Virus record (IMG/VR): IMGVR_UViG_3300033552_000012
Span: 1-52,053 of that record
DNA length: 52,053 nucleotides
Direction: 5' to 3' (one strand)
DNA from: a virus
Lineage: Duplodnaviria; Caudoviricetes
The notes beneath the pieces were generated by a model that saw only the letters and a program-made list of their open reading frames with translations, was not told the DNA's origin and did not search any database. Shown one piece after another: positions 6,068-14,946 of this stretch. The position numbers were made by a program, and so were the translations under genes. Each line of letters starts with the position of its first letter. Within the stretch, counting starts at the first letter, position 1.

Positions 6068-6838
6068 TTATTTGTTGATTAGTTCAATTGCGGCTAAAAC
6101 TCTTTCGGTCAGAAAATCCTTGTCTGCCTGTGGGACTTCAAAACGGATGATATTTACACTATCTATTCCGCTTTCTTTATAAACATAAGGAAGTTCGCCT
6201 TCTTTGGCATATTCTACTTTCCAATATGGATTGTCAAGAGTAGTGTTATATGCTTTTATTTCAGCTAATTCTTCTAGGTAAGGCATAAAAATGATCAACT
6301 CGGCATATTTAGAGTTTAAAATAATAGAGTTGGAAACTAATTGCCAATAATATTTTTCGCCTTCTTTGGATTGTTTTCTAATTTGCTGAATTACTTCATC
6401 CCCGTTAAAACTTTCTTTTTTAGTAACAGTTAAACCATCAAAATCATAAATAAATTTAATCAAATTATAAAAGGCTTTCCTGGTTAAAGGACATTTTATA
6501 TCAGTGATTGTATCACAACAATCATTTATAATTACCTGACCGTCAGGAGTACCGCACCATTCTTGAATTTCAGGATGTGGATAGGTTATTTCAGACTGCA
6601 TAATGTAAGAAAGAGGTAATTTATCGTGTACAATAATCTCACACAGTTTACCCCAGCTAAAAGCCTTTACATCACTTTCCAATTCCAATTTATGCTTAAA
6701 AAAACGCTCCATTATACATTCGTCTACATAAGTGTAAAAAGGCGCACCAAAACTATCCTTTGTCCTTCCGTTGGAAACTAAAGAAACGATTTCAGATGAG
6801 GTGATATTTCCGATTCTAATATTTGATAATTCACTCAT
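6068..6838 (-). CDS. YqaJ/lambda-exonuclease-like 5'-3' exonuclease
   Basis: RIGNITSSE, WGK.CE, GTPDG, DIKCP, YYWQL motifs; adjacent to an annealase. Confidence 0.8.
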   Translation of the reverse strand: MSELSNIRIGNITSSEIVSLVSNGRTKDSFGAPFYTYVDECIMERFFKHKLELESDVKAFSWGKLCEIIVHDKLPLSYIMQSEITYPHPEIQEWCGTPDGQVIINDCCDTITDIKCPLTRKAFYNLIKFIYDFDGLTVTKKESFNGDEVIQQIRKQSKEGEKYYWQLVSNSIILNSKYAELIIFMPYLEELAEIKAYNTTLDNPYWKVEYAKEGELPYVYKESGIDSVNIIRFEVPQADKDFLTERVLAAIELINK

Positions 6839-7493
6839 GGTTCACATTTTTTAATAATTTAATTGCTTTTTCGTAACTTAATTTTTCTTTAGTGTCTATA
6901 ATTCTTTCGTAGTGCAATTGCTCCTCAGGACTGATGAATTCTTTTTTGATTTCGTAAATTTGTTTGAGTTCCGGCAAAGTATTTTCCAGTGCCACTTTCA
7001 CTTCTTTAAAATCTTCTTTATTATAAATATCATTAGCAATACCGATTTCGGCAGCACATTTTTTTAATGCGTCAGTAGATGCAGCTTTTAAATCATTTCC
7101 TATGGATAAAGGAATCTTATCAATTCCTTTTTGTATTTCATCTTGATTCTGCTTGCGATACATAATATCCTTGTTACCAAATTGCATTTTTATAATTGTT
7201 TTTCCTGCACTACGACACGTTAAACGCCCTTTTACAATTGCTTCACCGTGCAATATTTTTTCGTCTATAATTTCAAAATCCCAATCCCAACCAAACATTA
7301 AGTTCAGGCATTTTTTAACATAACCTCCCGTAACATATTCCCAAGTACCTCCGCCCTTCGCTGGACGTTGTTTTACGTACTGTTTTGGCGTTCTTTTCAG
7401 TATTAAAGCTAATTGGTTCGCATTTAAATTATTGTCCTCTACAAGGCTTAAATCACTAGCTTCAATTAAAGCTAATTCGTTATTGTTTTCCAT
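6831..7493 (-). CDS. Rad52/Sak-like single-strand annealing recombinase
   Basis: RPAKGGGTWEYV...LNLMFGWDW...LKAASTDALKKCAAEIGIANDIY is a Rad52/22-type pattern. Confidence 0.85.
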   Translation of the reverse strand: MENNNELALIEASDLSLVEDNNLNANQLALILKRTPKQYVKQRPAKGGGTWEYVTGGYVKKCLNLMFGWDWDFEIIDEKILHGEAIVKGRLTCRSAGKTIIKMQFGNKDIMYRKQNQDEIQKGIDKIPLSIGNDLKAASTDALKKCAAEIGIANDIYNKEDFKEVKVALENTLPELKQIYEIKKEFISPEEQLHYERIIDTKEKLSYEKAIKLLKNVNHE

Positions 7494-7496
7494 AAT

Positions 7497-7715
7497 TTAA
7501 GAATTTAAGTATCTTTTAATCTCGGTTAATAATATTTTAGGTGATTTTCCTTGCATTACTTTAGCAATCAAACCACTATCCATATAAACATATAAGGTGC
7601 TGCGGCTAATGCCTAAAATTTCGCATGCTTCACTTAGAGAAACCGCTTCATTTTCTTCTTTTTTCTTTCTAATTTCTTCCAATATTTTTTTGGAAGATTC
7701 GCTATTCGTTTTCAT
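7497..7715 (-). CDS. Excisionase-like HTH (HTH_17) protein
   Basis: VSLSEACEILGISRSTLYVYMDSG. Confidence 0.8.
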   Translation of the reverse strand: MKTNSESSKKILEEIRKKKEENEAVSLSEACEILGISRSTLYVYMDSGLIAKVMQGKSPKILLTEIKRYLNS

Positions 7716-7726
7716 TTTCTTTTTTT

Positions 7727-8011
7727 TTAGTTTTTCAATTCGTAATTGATTTCTAACTCCGCTAATTTTTTATCAAAATTTTCATCGTAAATCGGTCTGT
7801 TTTTATTCAGGGTAAAGATTAAACTATTTTCTTTTTCGTTCTGCTTTCGCCTTAATTCCATTTCGTAAATAAAATTAGCGTTTACTTTTTTGTATAATCC
7901 TAAGGCTTGTTCGGTAGAATTTCCGACGGTTAATAGTTCCGTTATTAAATCCAATTTACTTTTTTGCTCTATGCTATTGAAAATAGCCGATATTATTTTT
8001 TTTACACTCAT
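7727..8011 (-). CDS. Hypothetical protein
   Basis: 94 aa ORF in the early operon. Confidence 0.65.
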   Translation of the reverse strand: MSVKKIISAIFNSIEQKSKLDLITELLTVGNSTEQALGLYKKVNANFIYEMELRRKQNEKENSLIFTLNKNRPIYDENFDKKLAELEINYELKN

Positions 8012-8024
8012 ATTCTTGATTTTA

Positions 8025-8384
8025 TTATTCGGTTGCTTTTTTGATTAGTAATTCAAAATAATTTACTTTTTTTCTGTAATTTTCTAGCACTTCAAATTCG
8101 GTAGTGCCATATAGCAATGTTATTGCTTCTTGTAAAGCAAATAACATTTCCGGGGCGCATGCTATTAGTTTTGCATTTGAAAGTTGTTCTAATTCGCAAT
8201 TATCCCTTATATACTTACTTCTTTCTCTCATTGATAACCAACTTTCGTTTTTCAGTCTTTCTTCATGCGTATCAGAATCATAAACACTCCATGCGGTAGC
8301 TAATAATCCTTTTACATTTATATTTTTAATTCCTTTCGTGTTTTCATCATAAAACCAATTCCCTTTTGTTCCTTTAAATTCCAT
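8025..8384 (-). CDS. Hypothetical phage protein (NAKLIACAPEML motif)
   Basis: Common phage NAxLIAxAPELL-type motif. Confidence 0.7.
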   Translation of the reverse strand: MEFKGTKGNWFYDENTKGIKNINVKGLLATAWSVYDSDTHEERLKNESWLSMRERSKYIRDNCELEQLSNAKLIACAPEMLFALQEAITLLYGTTEFEVLENYRKKVNYFELLIKKATE

Positions 8385-8592
8385 AATTTCTATTTTTTTA
8401 AATAAATAATATTACTCCAGTGATTACCCATAATACAACAATTGTGATTCCAATTTTGTAATGGTATTTTGTAATGTAATTTTCAATTTTTTTCATTTTA
8501 TTTATAGGGATTTGGGGTTATATGATGAACTATTATAATTAAAATAAAGGCTACTGCCCAAAATAAAATAACGGGTCTTAAAATCAATTTTT

Positions 8593-8811
8593 TCATGGGG
8601 TTTGGTTTTGGTAGGTTTCAAATAATTCTAAAGTAGCAAATTTATTGGCGGGGGACAATCCATCTTTTATTTTGCCGGTATTGATTAAAACATTAAATGC
8701 GTTTTGCACTTTTTCAACGTTGGCGGGTTTTAGAAAAAACAATTTTTGCACAAAAGTAAGTTCTGTGAAAATTCCGCATTTTTTTAAATCTTCTTTGTAT
8801 ATTAATTTCAT
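8593..8811 (-). CDS. Hypothetical protein
   Basis: 72 aa ORF in the early operon. Confidence 0.55.
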   Translation of the reverse strand: MKLIYKEDLKKCGIFTELTFVQKLFFLKPANVEKVQNAFNVLINTGKIKDGLSPANKFATLELFETYQNQTP

Positions 8812-8992
8812 GGTTTTGGTAGGTTTTTGGTTTATTTTTTGATTTTTTTGGCTTCCATTTCTTTGGCACGCATTAAAACGGTTTTGGCTTCTTCTTTTAG
8901 GCGGTGGTTAAACTCCCAAATTGTTTCTCTTTTGTCCGTAGGTGGATTTTTTCGCATTTCGTGGGTTTTGTATTTTAGTTTTTTTAAATGGG

Positions 8993-9412
8993 TTAAATAT
9001 TCAGTTTAATTTCAAATTCCGTTAAGAGATTCTCTAATAAAATTTGACTTTCTTTTTCCATAATTTTAGAAAATCGGGTCAGAAATTGTTCCGAAATAAT
9101 AGAATTGTAATTTCCTAAAAGTTTTCGGTTTCTAATTTCTTCCATAATTTCATCGTCTTGAAAATCTTCGATTTGCTTTTCTTCGATATCATCTTCTTTG
9201 GTAAGGTCAAATTCATTACAGGCATACTCTTCTAAATTATCAGCACAAAGATTTGGAATTATTTCATCGTCCATCTTTAAAAACTGCCTATCATAATCCC
9301 TTCTTTTTTTATTATTCCCTTTTGGATCGCCTGAGATATATACTTCTAATGGTTTTATTGGTGGCAATTCAAAAAAACTTTCGTCGCTATAAATTATTTT
9401 TACAATTTTCAT
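8993..9412 (-). CDS. Hypothetical acidic protein
   Basis: 139 aa ORF. Confidence 0.65.
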   Translation of the reverse strand: MKIVKIIYSDESFFELPPIKPLEVYISGDPKGNNKKRRDYDRQFLKMDDEIIPNLCADNLEEYACNEFDLTKEDDIEEKQIEDFQDDEIMEEIRNRKLLGNYNSIISEQFLTRFSKIMEKESQILLENLLTEFEIKLNI

Positions 9413-9599
9413 GGTTTAATTTTTTAAAAATTCTTTACATAATTTTATAAATTTTATTTCGCTGGCGTGTAAGAGCTGCTCTTTTTCATTGGAATTGAAC
9501 CATAAAGAGGTGTTATTTCCATTTTTTATAACGTACATTTTTTGAAGGGGTTCGTAAATTAATTCGAATTTTCCTATTTTGCGAATAATTTCCATTTTT

Positions 9600-9857
9600 T
9601 TATAAAATTTTAGCGATTTGCGTACTTACTTTATTGTATTGTTCTTCAAATTTTTCACGGGAACAGTCTTTTACATTATCCGTTGTCCATGCTAACCCCG
9701 CATGAGATTGGCTGATACTTAAACCTCCATTAAAATTGCAAACTTGGATACATTTCTCTTCGCTATACACTTTGTATGCGTGGCAACCGCCTATTCTATA
9801 AATTGGTAATTCAATTTTTACTTTTTCTTCGATAACTTTTCTTACTGTAATTTCCAT
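9600..9857 (-). CDS. Hypothetical protein
   Basis: 85 aa ORF. Confidence 0.65.
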   Translation of the reverse strand: MEITVRKVIEEKVKIELPIYRIGGCHAYKVYSEEKCIQVCNFNGGLSISQSHAGLAWTTDNVKDCSREKFEEQYNKVSTQIAKIL

Positions 9858-9869
9858 AATTTTGATTTT

Positions 9870-10106
9870 TTAATTTAGATTTTTAAAGGGATTGGTTAAA
9901 TTGTAAAGCATTAATTTAGTCAAACTATTGTCGTCCAATAATTCAAATTTGAAAGGGATTCTTATATGACTTGAAAAATACTTTTCGTGTATTTCTGCTT
10001 TGGCACTTTCAAGGCTGATAGATTCGATGTCGAAAATTTCAAAATCTTTCTCTATTTCTCCATCGATTACAAAACGATACCAAACTTGGATTTTATATTT
10101 TTTCAT
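9870..10106 (-). CDS. Hypothetical protein
   Basis: 78 aa ORF. Confidence 0.65.
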   Translation of the reverse strand: MKKYKIQVWYRFVIDGEIEKDFEIFDIESISLESAKAEIHEKYFSSHIRIPFKFELLDDNSLTKLMLYNLTNPFKNLN

Positions 10107-10111
10107 AATTT

Positions 10112-10363
10112 CTAGTTATTATAATTTTTTAATTCTTTTTTGGTACAAGTTTTAAATCCGTAATAATTTAAAAAAGCGTTTATATGAGATGCAGTGGTTT
10201 GAGAATAATAACCGTTAACCTTCATTGTATTTTTTTCATCGTTATAATACGCAACTAGTAAATCATAGGAATAAAGGTAGCTTATGCGGTTTTCTTCGAT
10301 GACTTTGCATTTCCCGTAAAACGATTTTTTACCGTTTATGGGGTCTAATTCAAATGTTTTCAT
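10112..10363 (-). CDS. Conserved-looking phage early protein (KSFYGK...LYSY...YSQTTASHI)
   Basis: 83 aa; motif pattern familiar from phage early regions. Confidence 0.7.
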   Translation of the reverse strand: MKTFELDPINGKKSFYGKCKVIEENRISYLYSYDLLVAYYNDEKNTMKVNGYYSQTTASHINAFLNYYGFKTCTKKELKNYNN

Positions 10364-10375
10364 AATTTGTATTTT

Positions 10376-10585
10376 TTAAAGTGTAAAAGTTGCTTTTGAT
10401 TTTCTTATTTTTTCGCCTATCATAATACTATTGTCTTTTTGTATCACGGAAACCGTATAAATATCGTTTTCCTGCTTTAAAAGGTAATTGGTAGTATTTA
10501 CTTTGCCCGAATATAATTTAGCTTTTAAAAGGGCTTTAATATGCGTTTTATTGGTAGAGGTTAAATGCCCCGTTAATGTTTTCAT
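10376..10585 (-). CDS. Hypothetical protein
   Basis: 69 aa ORF. Confidence 0.65.
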   Translation of the reverse strand: MKTLTGHLTSTNKTHIKALLKAKLYSGKVNTTNYLLKQENDIYTVSVIQKDNSIMIGEKIRKSKATFTL

Positions 10586-10981
10586 TTAGCTTTTTAGTTT
10601 AGAGGTTAGAAAATCATAAATTTCACATGTATCAACATCATTAACGTGTTGTGCTATAATTACGGTTATTGCATCCAATAGTGTAAAAGGAATACTTTCA
10701 TCATAATCAGGATATTGCATGAAGTCCGCTTTCATCATTTCCTTTGCTTTTTCAATAATCAGATTTTCTATTTCCGGACCTTCGTTCATTTCGCTTTGTT
10801 CTTCCGCAATTTCTCGGAGTTCGTCGCTTAGTTGGTAAAAATCGCCTTCGACGTTATTTATAAGAATTTGCAATGCTTCCGCTTTACTCATGCTTTTTGT
10901 AAAACTATTGTATTGAATTTCTTCAAACGTATCCAAAAATGCTAATTCAAATTTTTCTAATTTTTGTTTTATAGTTTTCAT
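10586..10981 (-). CDS. Hypothetical acidic protein
   Basis: 131 aa, E/D-rich. Confidence 0.65.
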   Translation of the reverse strand: MKTIKQKLEKFELAFLDTFEEIQYNSFTKSMSKAEALQILINNVEGDFYQLSDELREIAEEQSEMNEGPEIENLIIEKAKEMMKADFMQYPDYDESIPFTLLDAITVIIAQHVNDVDTCEIYDFLTSKLKS

Positions 10982-11087
10982 AATCGTAAAATTTAAAGGT
11001 TAAAAATAAGTGATGCAGCTATTCTAATTAAAAAATAGGAACCGATTAAGATTACTATTATGTATTGGGTTTTTATGGTTTTCATGG

Positions 11088-11417
11088 TTATTTAGTTTTA
11101 TTTAATCGTTTTTTCTTCAATAATTGTTTTCCGTGAATTGATAATTTATATTTACCATCAATGTTTATGGTAAACTTTCCATACATTCCGCCGACTCTAT
11201 TAGTATTAAAAGAATTGCGTATATTTTTTAAATTCATACCATTCCATTTACTATTATAAACAGTAAAATAATGTTTATACTTACCTTTGAAGTTTTTTGG
11301 TAGTTGTATTGAGATAGGTAATTTTATTTTTACTTCTTCGGGCTTGCTATCTTGTCTTTTACATTGCTTTTCAAAACCTTTGTGTAGTTTAGATTTATGT
11401 TTGTCATTCATTTCCAT
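11088..11417 (-). CDS. Hypothetical basic protein
   Basis: 109 aa, K-rich. Confidence 0.6.
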   Translation of the reverse strand: MEMNDKHKSKLHKGFEKQCKRQDSKPEEVKIKLPISIQLPKNFKGKYKHYFTVYNSKWNGMNLKNIRNSFNTNRVGGMYGKFTINIDGKYKLSIHGKQLLKKKRLNKTK

Positions 11418-11549
11418 GATTTTTGAGTTTTAAAATTGAGTAAAAGTGTTAAATTAAATTTGAAACAAAACAGTAAGAACAACAAAGGCGAAAACCGATA
11501 AAATTACTTTACAGCTGTTTTGCGTGGGGTTTGGTTTTTGTCGCATGGT

Positions 11550-11900
11550 TTAAAGTTCGTTAGTATAAATAATATTTTTACCTTTTGAAGTTAATATTTT
11601 TATAATACAATCCGTTAGAATTGAACCACCACCAAAAGAACGGGAATTGTAAACTAAAATAGGGTATTTTAAATCGTACGTACCATTAGAAAGTCCAATA
11701 GTGCCAGTAATGTCATAAACTTCATTCCAACTTTCATTATTTTTAATGTCCCCATAATCTAAAATAATTCTTTCATTATTTTCGATAAGATAAACAATTT
11801 TAGCAGCTAGTTTTTTAGGGGTATCATTACTGAAAACTATTTCGCCTCTATTGGATGAAATAGTATATTTGTTTTCTAAAATTTCGTTTTTAGTTTTCAT
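11550..11900 (-). CDS. Hypothetical protein
   Basis: 116 aa ORF. Confidence 0.7.
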   Translation of the reverse strand: MKTKNEILENKYTISSNRGEIVFSNDTPKKLAAKIVYLIENNERIILDYGDIKNNESWNEVYDITGTIGLSNGTYDLKYPILVYNSRSFGGGSILTDCIIKILTSKGKNIIYTNEL

Positions 11901-11995
11901 AATAAATAGATTTAGATTATTAATTTAGGTTAAAATTTGTGCCTTAATTCAATCAAATGAACACGTTTTAAACGTTTAAGGCTTTTTAATGGTTA

Positions 11996-12325
11996 TTATT
12001 TACATTTGTTTGCAAAATCAGTAAGTAATTTATTTACTTTTTTTTCTTTTATTTTATAATCTAAATTATAATCAGTTACAATTTTTTGGGCTTTTAATTC
12101 ATACTTTTTAATTAGATTATAATCTACATTTGTACCAATTGGGGAATATCCAGTTGACAAACAAACGTTTTCTATTTCGTAATAATCACATGACCAACCG
12201 TTAATACCACGAGAATAAGCAAACGGGCTTTTATAGGATGTTAAGTATTGTATATCACAATATCCAATTGATATAATATTTATAAAATTGTCTTTTACTT
12301 GGGATTTTGTTACTTTAGTTTTCAT
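11996..12325 (-). CDS. Hypothetical early protein
   Basis: 109 aa; IGYCDIQYL...GWSCDYY...LSTGYSP. Confidence 0.7.
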   Translation of the reverse strand: MKTKVTKSQVKDNFINIISIGYCDIQYLTSYKSPFAYSRGINGWSCDYYEIENVCLSTGYSPIGTNVDYNLIKKYELKAQKIVTDYNLDYKIKEKKVNKLLTDFANKCK

Positions 12326-12509
12326 AATATATTTATTTAAGGGATTGAATTAATAAGATTGAAATTTAACGGTAACAACTTAGAGTATTAAAGTAAACTA
12401 AAACAACTGATACAACTACTATTAAAACAAATATTGATGCTTTAAAGTTTTGAGATAAGATAAGATTTTTCATGGTATGGGGTTTTATTTGTTTTGCATT
12501 ATTGCAATT

Positions 12510-12563
12510 TGGTAACAGTTAAGGATTCGAACCTTATAAAATCTACCATTTAGATAACTGTTA
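12510..12563 (-). ncRNA. tRNA-like element lacking an anticodon arm
   Basis: - strand TAACAGT-TA-TCTAAATGGTAGA-TTTTA-TAAGG-TTCGAAT-CCTTA-ACTGTTA-CCA: 7-bp acceptor stem, D-arm with GG, canonical T-arm. Confidence 0.65.
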
Positions 12564-12837
12564 AGTGTTATTTTTCGCATCGGCAAAATAACAAAACGGG
12601 TCTATGATTAACTTTTATAAACCAAAAAATTAGTATTGTTAAAATCTTACATGTGCGTTTTAACGGGTACACCACCAAAAACAATAACAGTGGGCCAACT
12701 TTACTTGGTGCGTTAATATCATTACAGGAATTGATAAGCTATATAAATGCGTATTGAATTTATAATAATGTATTTTTTACGTCAGCACCTTTTTTCGCAC
12801 CCAATTTATTAAATCTGATACTTGTGACTCAACGTTT

Positions 12838-12865
12838 CAATATGTCAATGAACTTGTAAAGAGCT
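12838..12865 (-). promoter_or_regulatory. Tandem boxA-like antitermination motifs
   Basis: - strand GCTCTTTACAA-GTTCATTGACATATTG just downstream of a promoter. Confidence 0.5.
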
Positions 12866-12891
12866 AAAGGCTAATTCCCTTTTTGCTTACT

Positions 12892-12899
12892 CAAAGATA
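12892..12899 (-). promoter_or_regulatory. Bacteroidota-type -7 promoter element for the early operon
   Basis: TATCTTTG matches TAnnTTTG at the head of the leftward gene block. Confidence 0.6.
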
Positions 12900-13128
12900 C
12901 GTTACATTGTTTTAAATTGTGTACGATTGTATTGACTTTAACACTTATTTAACATAAAACAGCATAAAGAAAACTAAAAGTCTTACAAGAAATGATATAA
13001 AATGTAAGTAAAAGGCAAGAAGTGAACCAATGTAAAAAGACTATTAAAGTATACCGTTTTAAATAATGATTATTTATATAACTTTGTAAGGAATTAAACC
13101 GATAACCAATAACATCAAATAAAGACTT

Positions 13129-13656
13129 ATGAGCAATGAACAAACGAAAGAGATAGTAATAATTGAAAGAACAACTATAAGCAAGAATAGGCGAAGGAAT
13201 CAAGTAACTGGAGAGCTAATGACTATTGAAGACACGGACAAACAACTAATTAAGTCCTTTAATGAAGTATTAAACCTAATAGAGTCTAAAGGGTACGGAA
13301 TAGCCAAATCTTGCAGCCTAATTAATAACATCGATACTAAAACGTTTTACGATATAGTAAATTTTAACACCGCTTTTCTAAAACAATACGTGCAAAGTCA
13401 GGAGGTTAGAGCCGAAGTTATACTAGATAGAATGGATAAATACGTACATTCAACCACTAAAGATACCTATATCAATGAAAAGGGTATTGAGCTACCTAAT
13501 GCGGTTAAGGTTCAGCGTAATAGGCTCATGTATGACATGGATAAGTGGCACTTAAGTAAGCTTAACCCCAAGAAGTACGGCGATAACATAACTATTAAAG
13601 GTGATGCTGATAACCCTCTTCAAATAGTCGCCATTAAAGGAATGATAATTCAATAA
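13129..13656 (+). CDS. terS: Terminase small subunit
   Basis: C-terminal RNRLMYDMDKWHLSKLNPKKYGD, Sf6-type TerS-like pattern; upstream of TerL. Confidence 0.75.
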   Translation: MSNEQTKEIVIIERTTISKNRRRNQVTGELMTIEDTDKQLIKSFNEVLNLIESKGYGIAKSCSLINNIDTKTFYDIVNFNTAFLKQYVQSQEVRAEVILDRMDKYVHSTTKDTYINEKGIELPNAVKVQRNRLMYDMDKWHLSKLNPKKYGDNITIKGDADNPLQIVAIKGMIIQ

Positions 13657-14309
13657 TGCACGAACGTATTACGATACAAATGATACATATTGATTAAAAG
13701 TAACGCTAGAAGGACTCTTTGTGGACTTAACAAGGGTTAATGTGTAGTTAGTATGCATAACATAATACTCGTATCCATTGGCTTAAGACAAGAATAGCAC
13801 CGAGTGGAGACAAAACAGTATTCCGGGAACGTTAAGCGTTACTTTCCGGATGCAATAAAACAGTATTGATCTAATTCGATGGAGTAGGGGAGGGGTTCAA
13901 GTCAATAGTAGCAAAAGACAACGAGGGGTAAACAAAACGTATTTTACATAATGAAAGTTATATTGCATTTTATTGTAATACAATAACTATATTCTTATTT
14001 AGACTAATTAAAAATAGCACCCTACCCCCCAAGCAATAAAATAGCGAAATAGGGTAATGACCCTCCTCAATAATATTCCCCACTACGTGTTAAAAAAAAG
14101 TATCTATGGCATGTAGCACCACTGATAAGGGGGACGAATGGCTTGATTTTGAGGGTATATTAGCAACGTTAATATAAAAGTGGTAGATTTGTATTGTTAA
14201 AAGAGGATTAGGGCTGATTTGCTACGATGGGAAAGTGTAAAAAAATTTTCACTGTGTGGTTGTCAAAAAAAAAGTCCCTTCGGGAATGTATAACTTAAAC
14301 TAGGCGGAT

Positions 14310-14672
14310 ATGGATATTAAAGAACTAAGGATTGGGAGTTTGATAAAATGGAAATCTACGGGTGATCTTGATTATGTAGTAAAAATAGATATTACTATTA
14401 AGAATGTTTGCGTGAATAATGTCAATATAGAAGATTGTGAAGCTGTTCCATTAGCAGAAGAATGGTTATTGAAGTTAGGGTTTAAAAAATATATAGGTTG
14501 GGATGATATGGATTTTTGGTGTTTACCAGATGAAGGCGGTAAATCTGACAGATTTGAATTATATGTTACTAATCAAGGTTTCGAGTCTCCAAGTGGTAAA
14601 ATTATAGAGTATGTTCATACTTTACAGAATTGTTATTTTTTTCATGAACTTTCCGGAAAGGAATTGTTGTAA
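14310..14672 (+). CDS. Hypothetical Bacteroidota-phage protein
   Basis: ELRIG...PLAEEWLLKLGF...YVHTLQN motif set. Confidence 0.75.
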   Translation: MDIKELRIGSLIKWKSTGDLDYVVKIDITIKNVCVNNVNIEDCEAVPLAEEWLLKLGFKKYIGWDDMDFWCLPDEGGKSDRFELYVTNQGFESPSGKIIEYVHTLQNCYFFHELSGKELL

Positions 14673-14727
14673 AAACATATTTACAAAAAAAACTCACTAA
14701 ACCAATTAATGATTTAAACTGTGGGAT

Positions 14728-14946
14728 ATGCATAGAATTCGGAAGGTTACCGGTGGTAAGTTTGTTGTAGAGGTTTTAGTGTCTCGTTGGTCTTTATTTG
14801 GGCTTAGAAAGAAATGGATACCTTATGTCAAGAGTGCGGGTTTGGATTGCGCTTGGAAACATTCTTCTTACGATATGGCTTTGATGAATTACAAAAAAGA
14901 GATGCTTGATGAGATTTACGAACAAGATGATATTTTATGGATATAG
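14728..14946 (+). CDS. Hypothetical protein
   Basis: 72 aa, overlaps the TerL start. Confidence 0.6.
   Translation: MHRIRKVTGGKFVVEVLVSRWSLFGLRKKWIPYVKSAGLDCAWKHSSYDMALMNYKKEMLDEIYEQDDILWI

Noticed and set aside
7497-7715. Excisionase as evidence of a temperate lifestyle or as the cassette recombinase
   Set aside because: It is HTH only; no integrase or clear CI-type repressor was recognised
12513-12563. TAAC...GTTA ends of the tRNA-like element as another cassette site
   Set aside because: It has a perfect stem with no bubble before GTT, no inner A/C mismatch and no partner arm; the T-loop and D-loop explain it better
12510-12563. Functional decoding tRNA
   Set aside because: No anticodon arm; no complete tRNA was recognised elsewhere by eye
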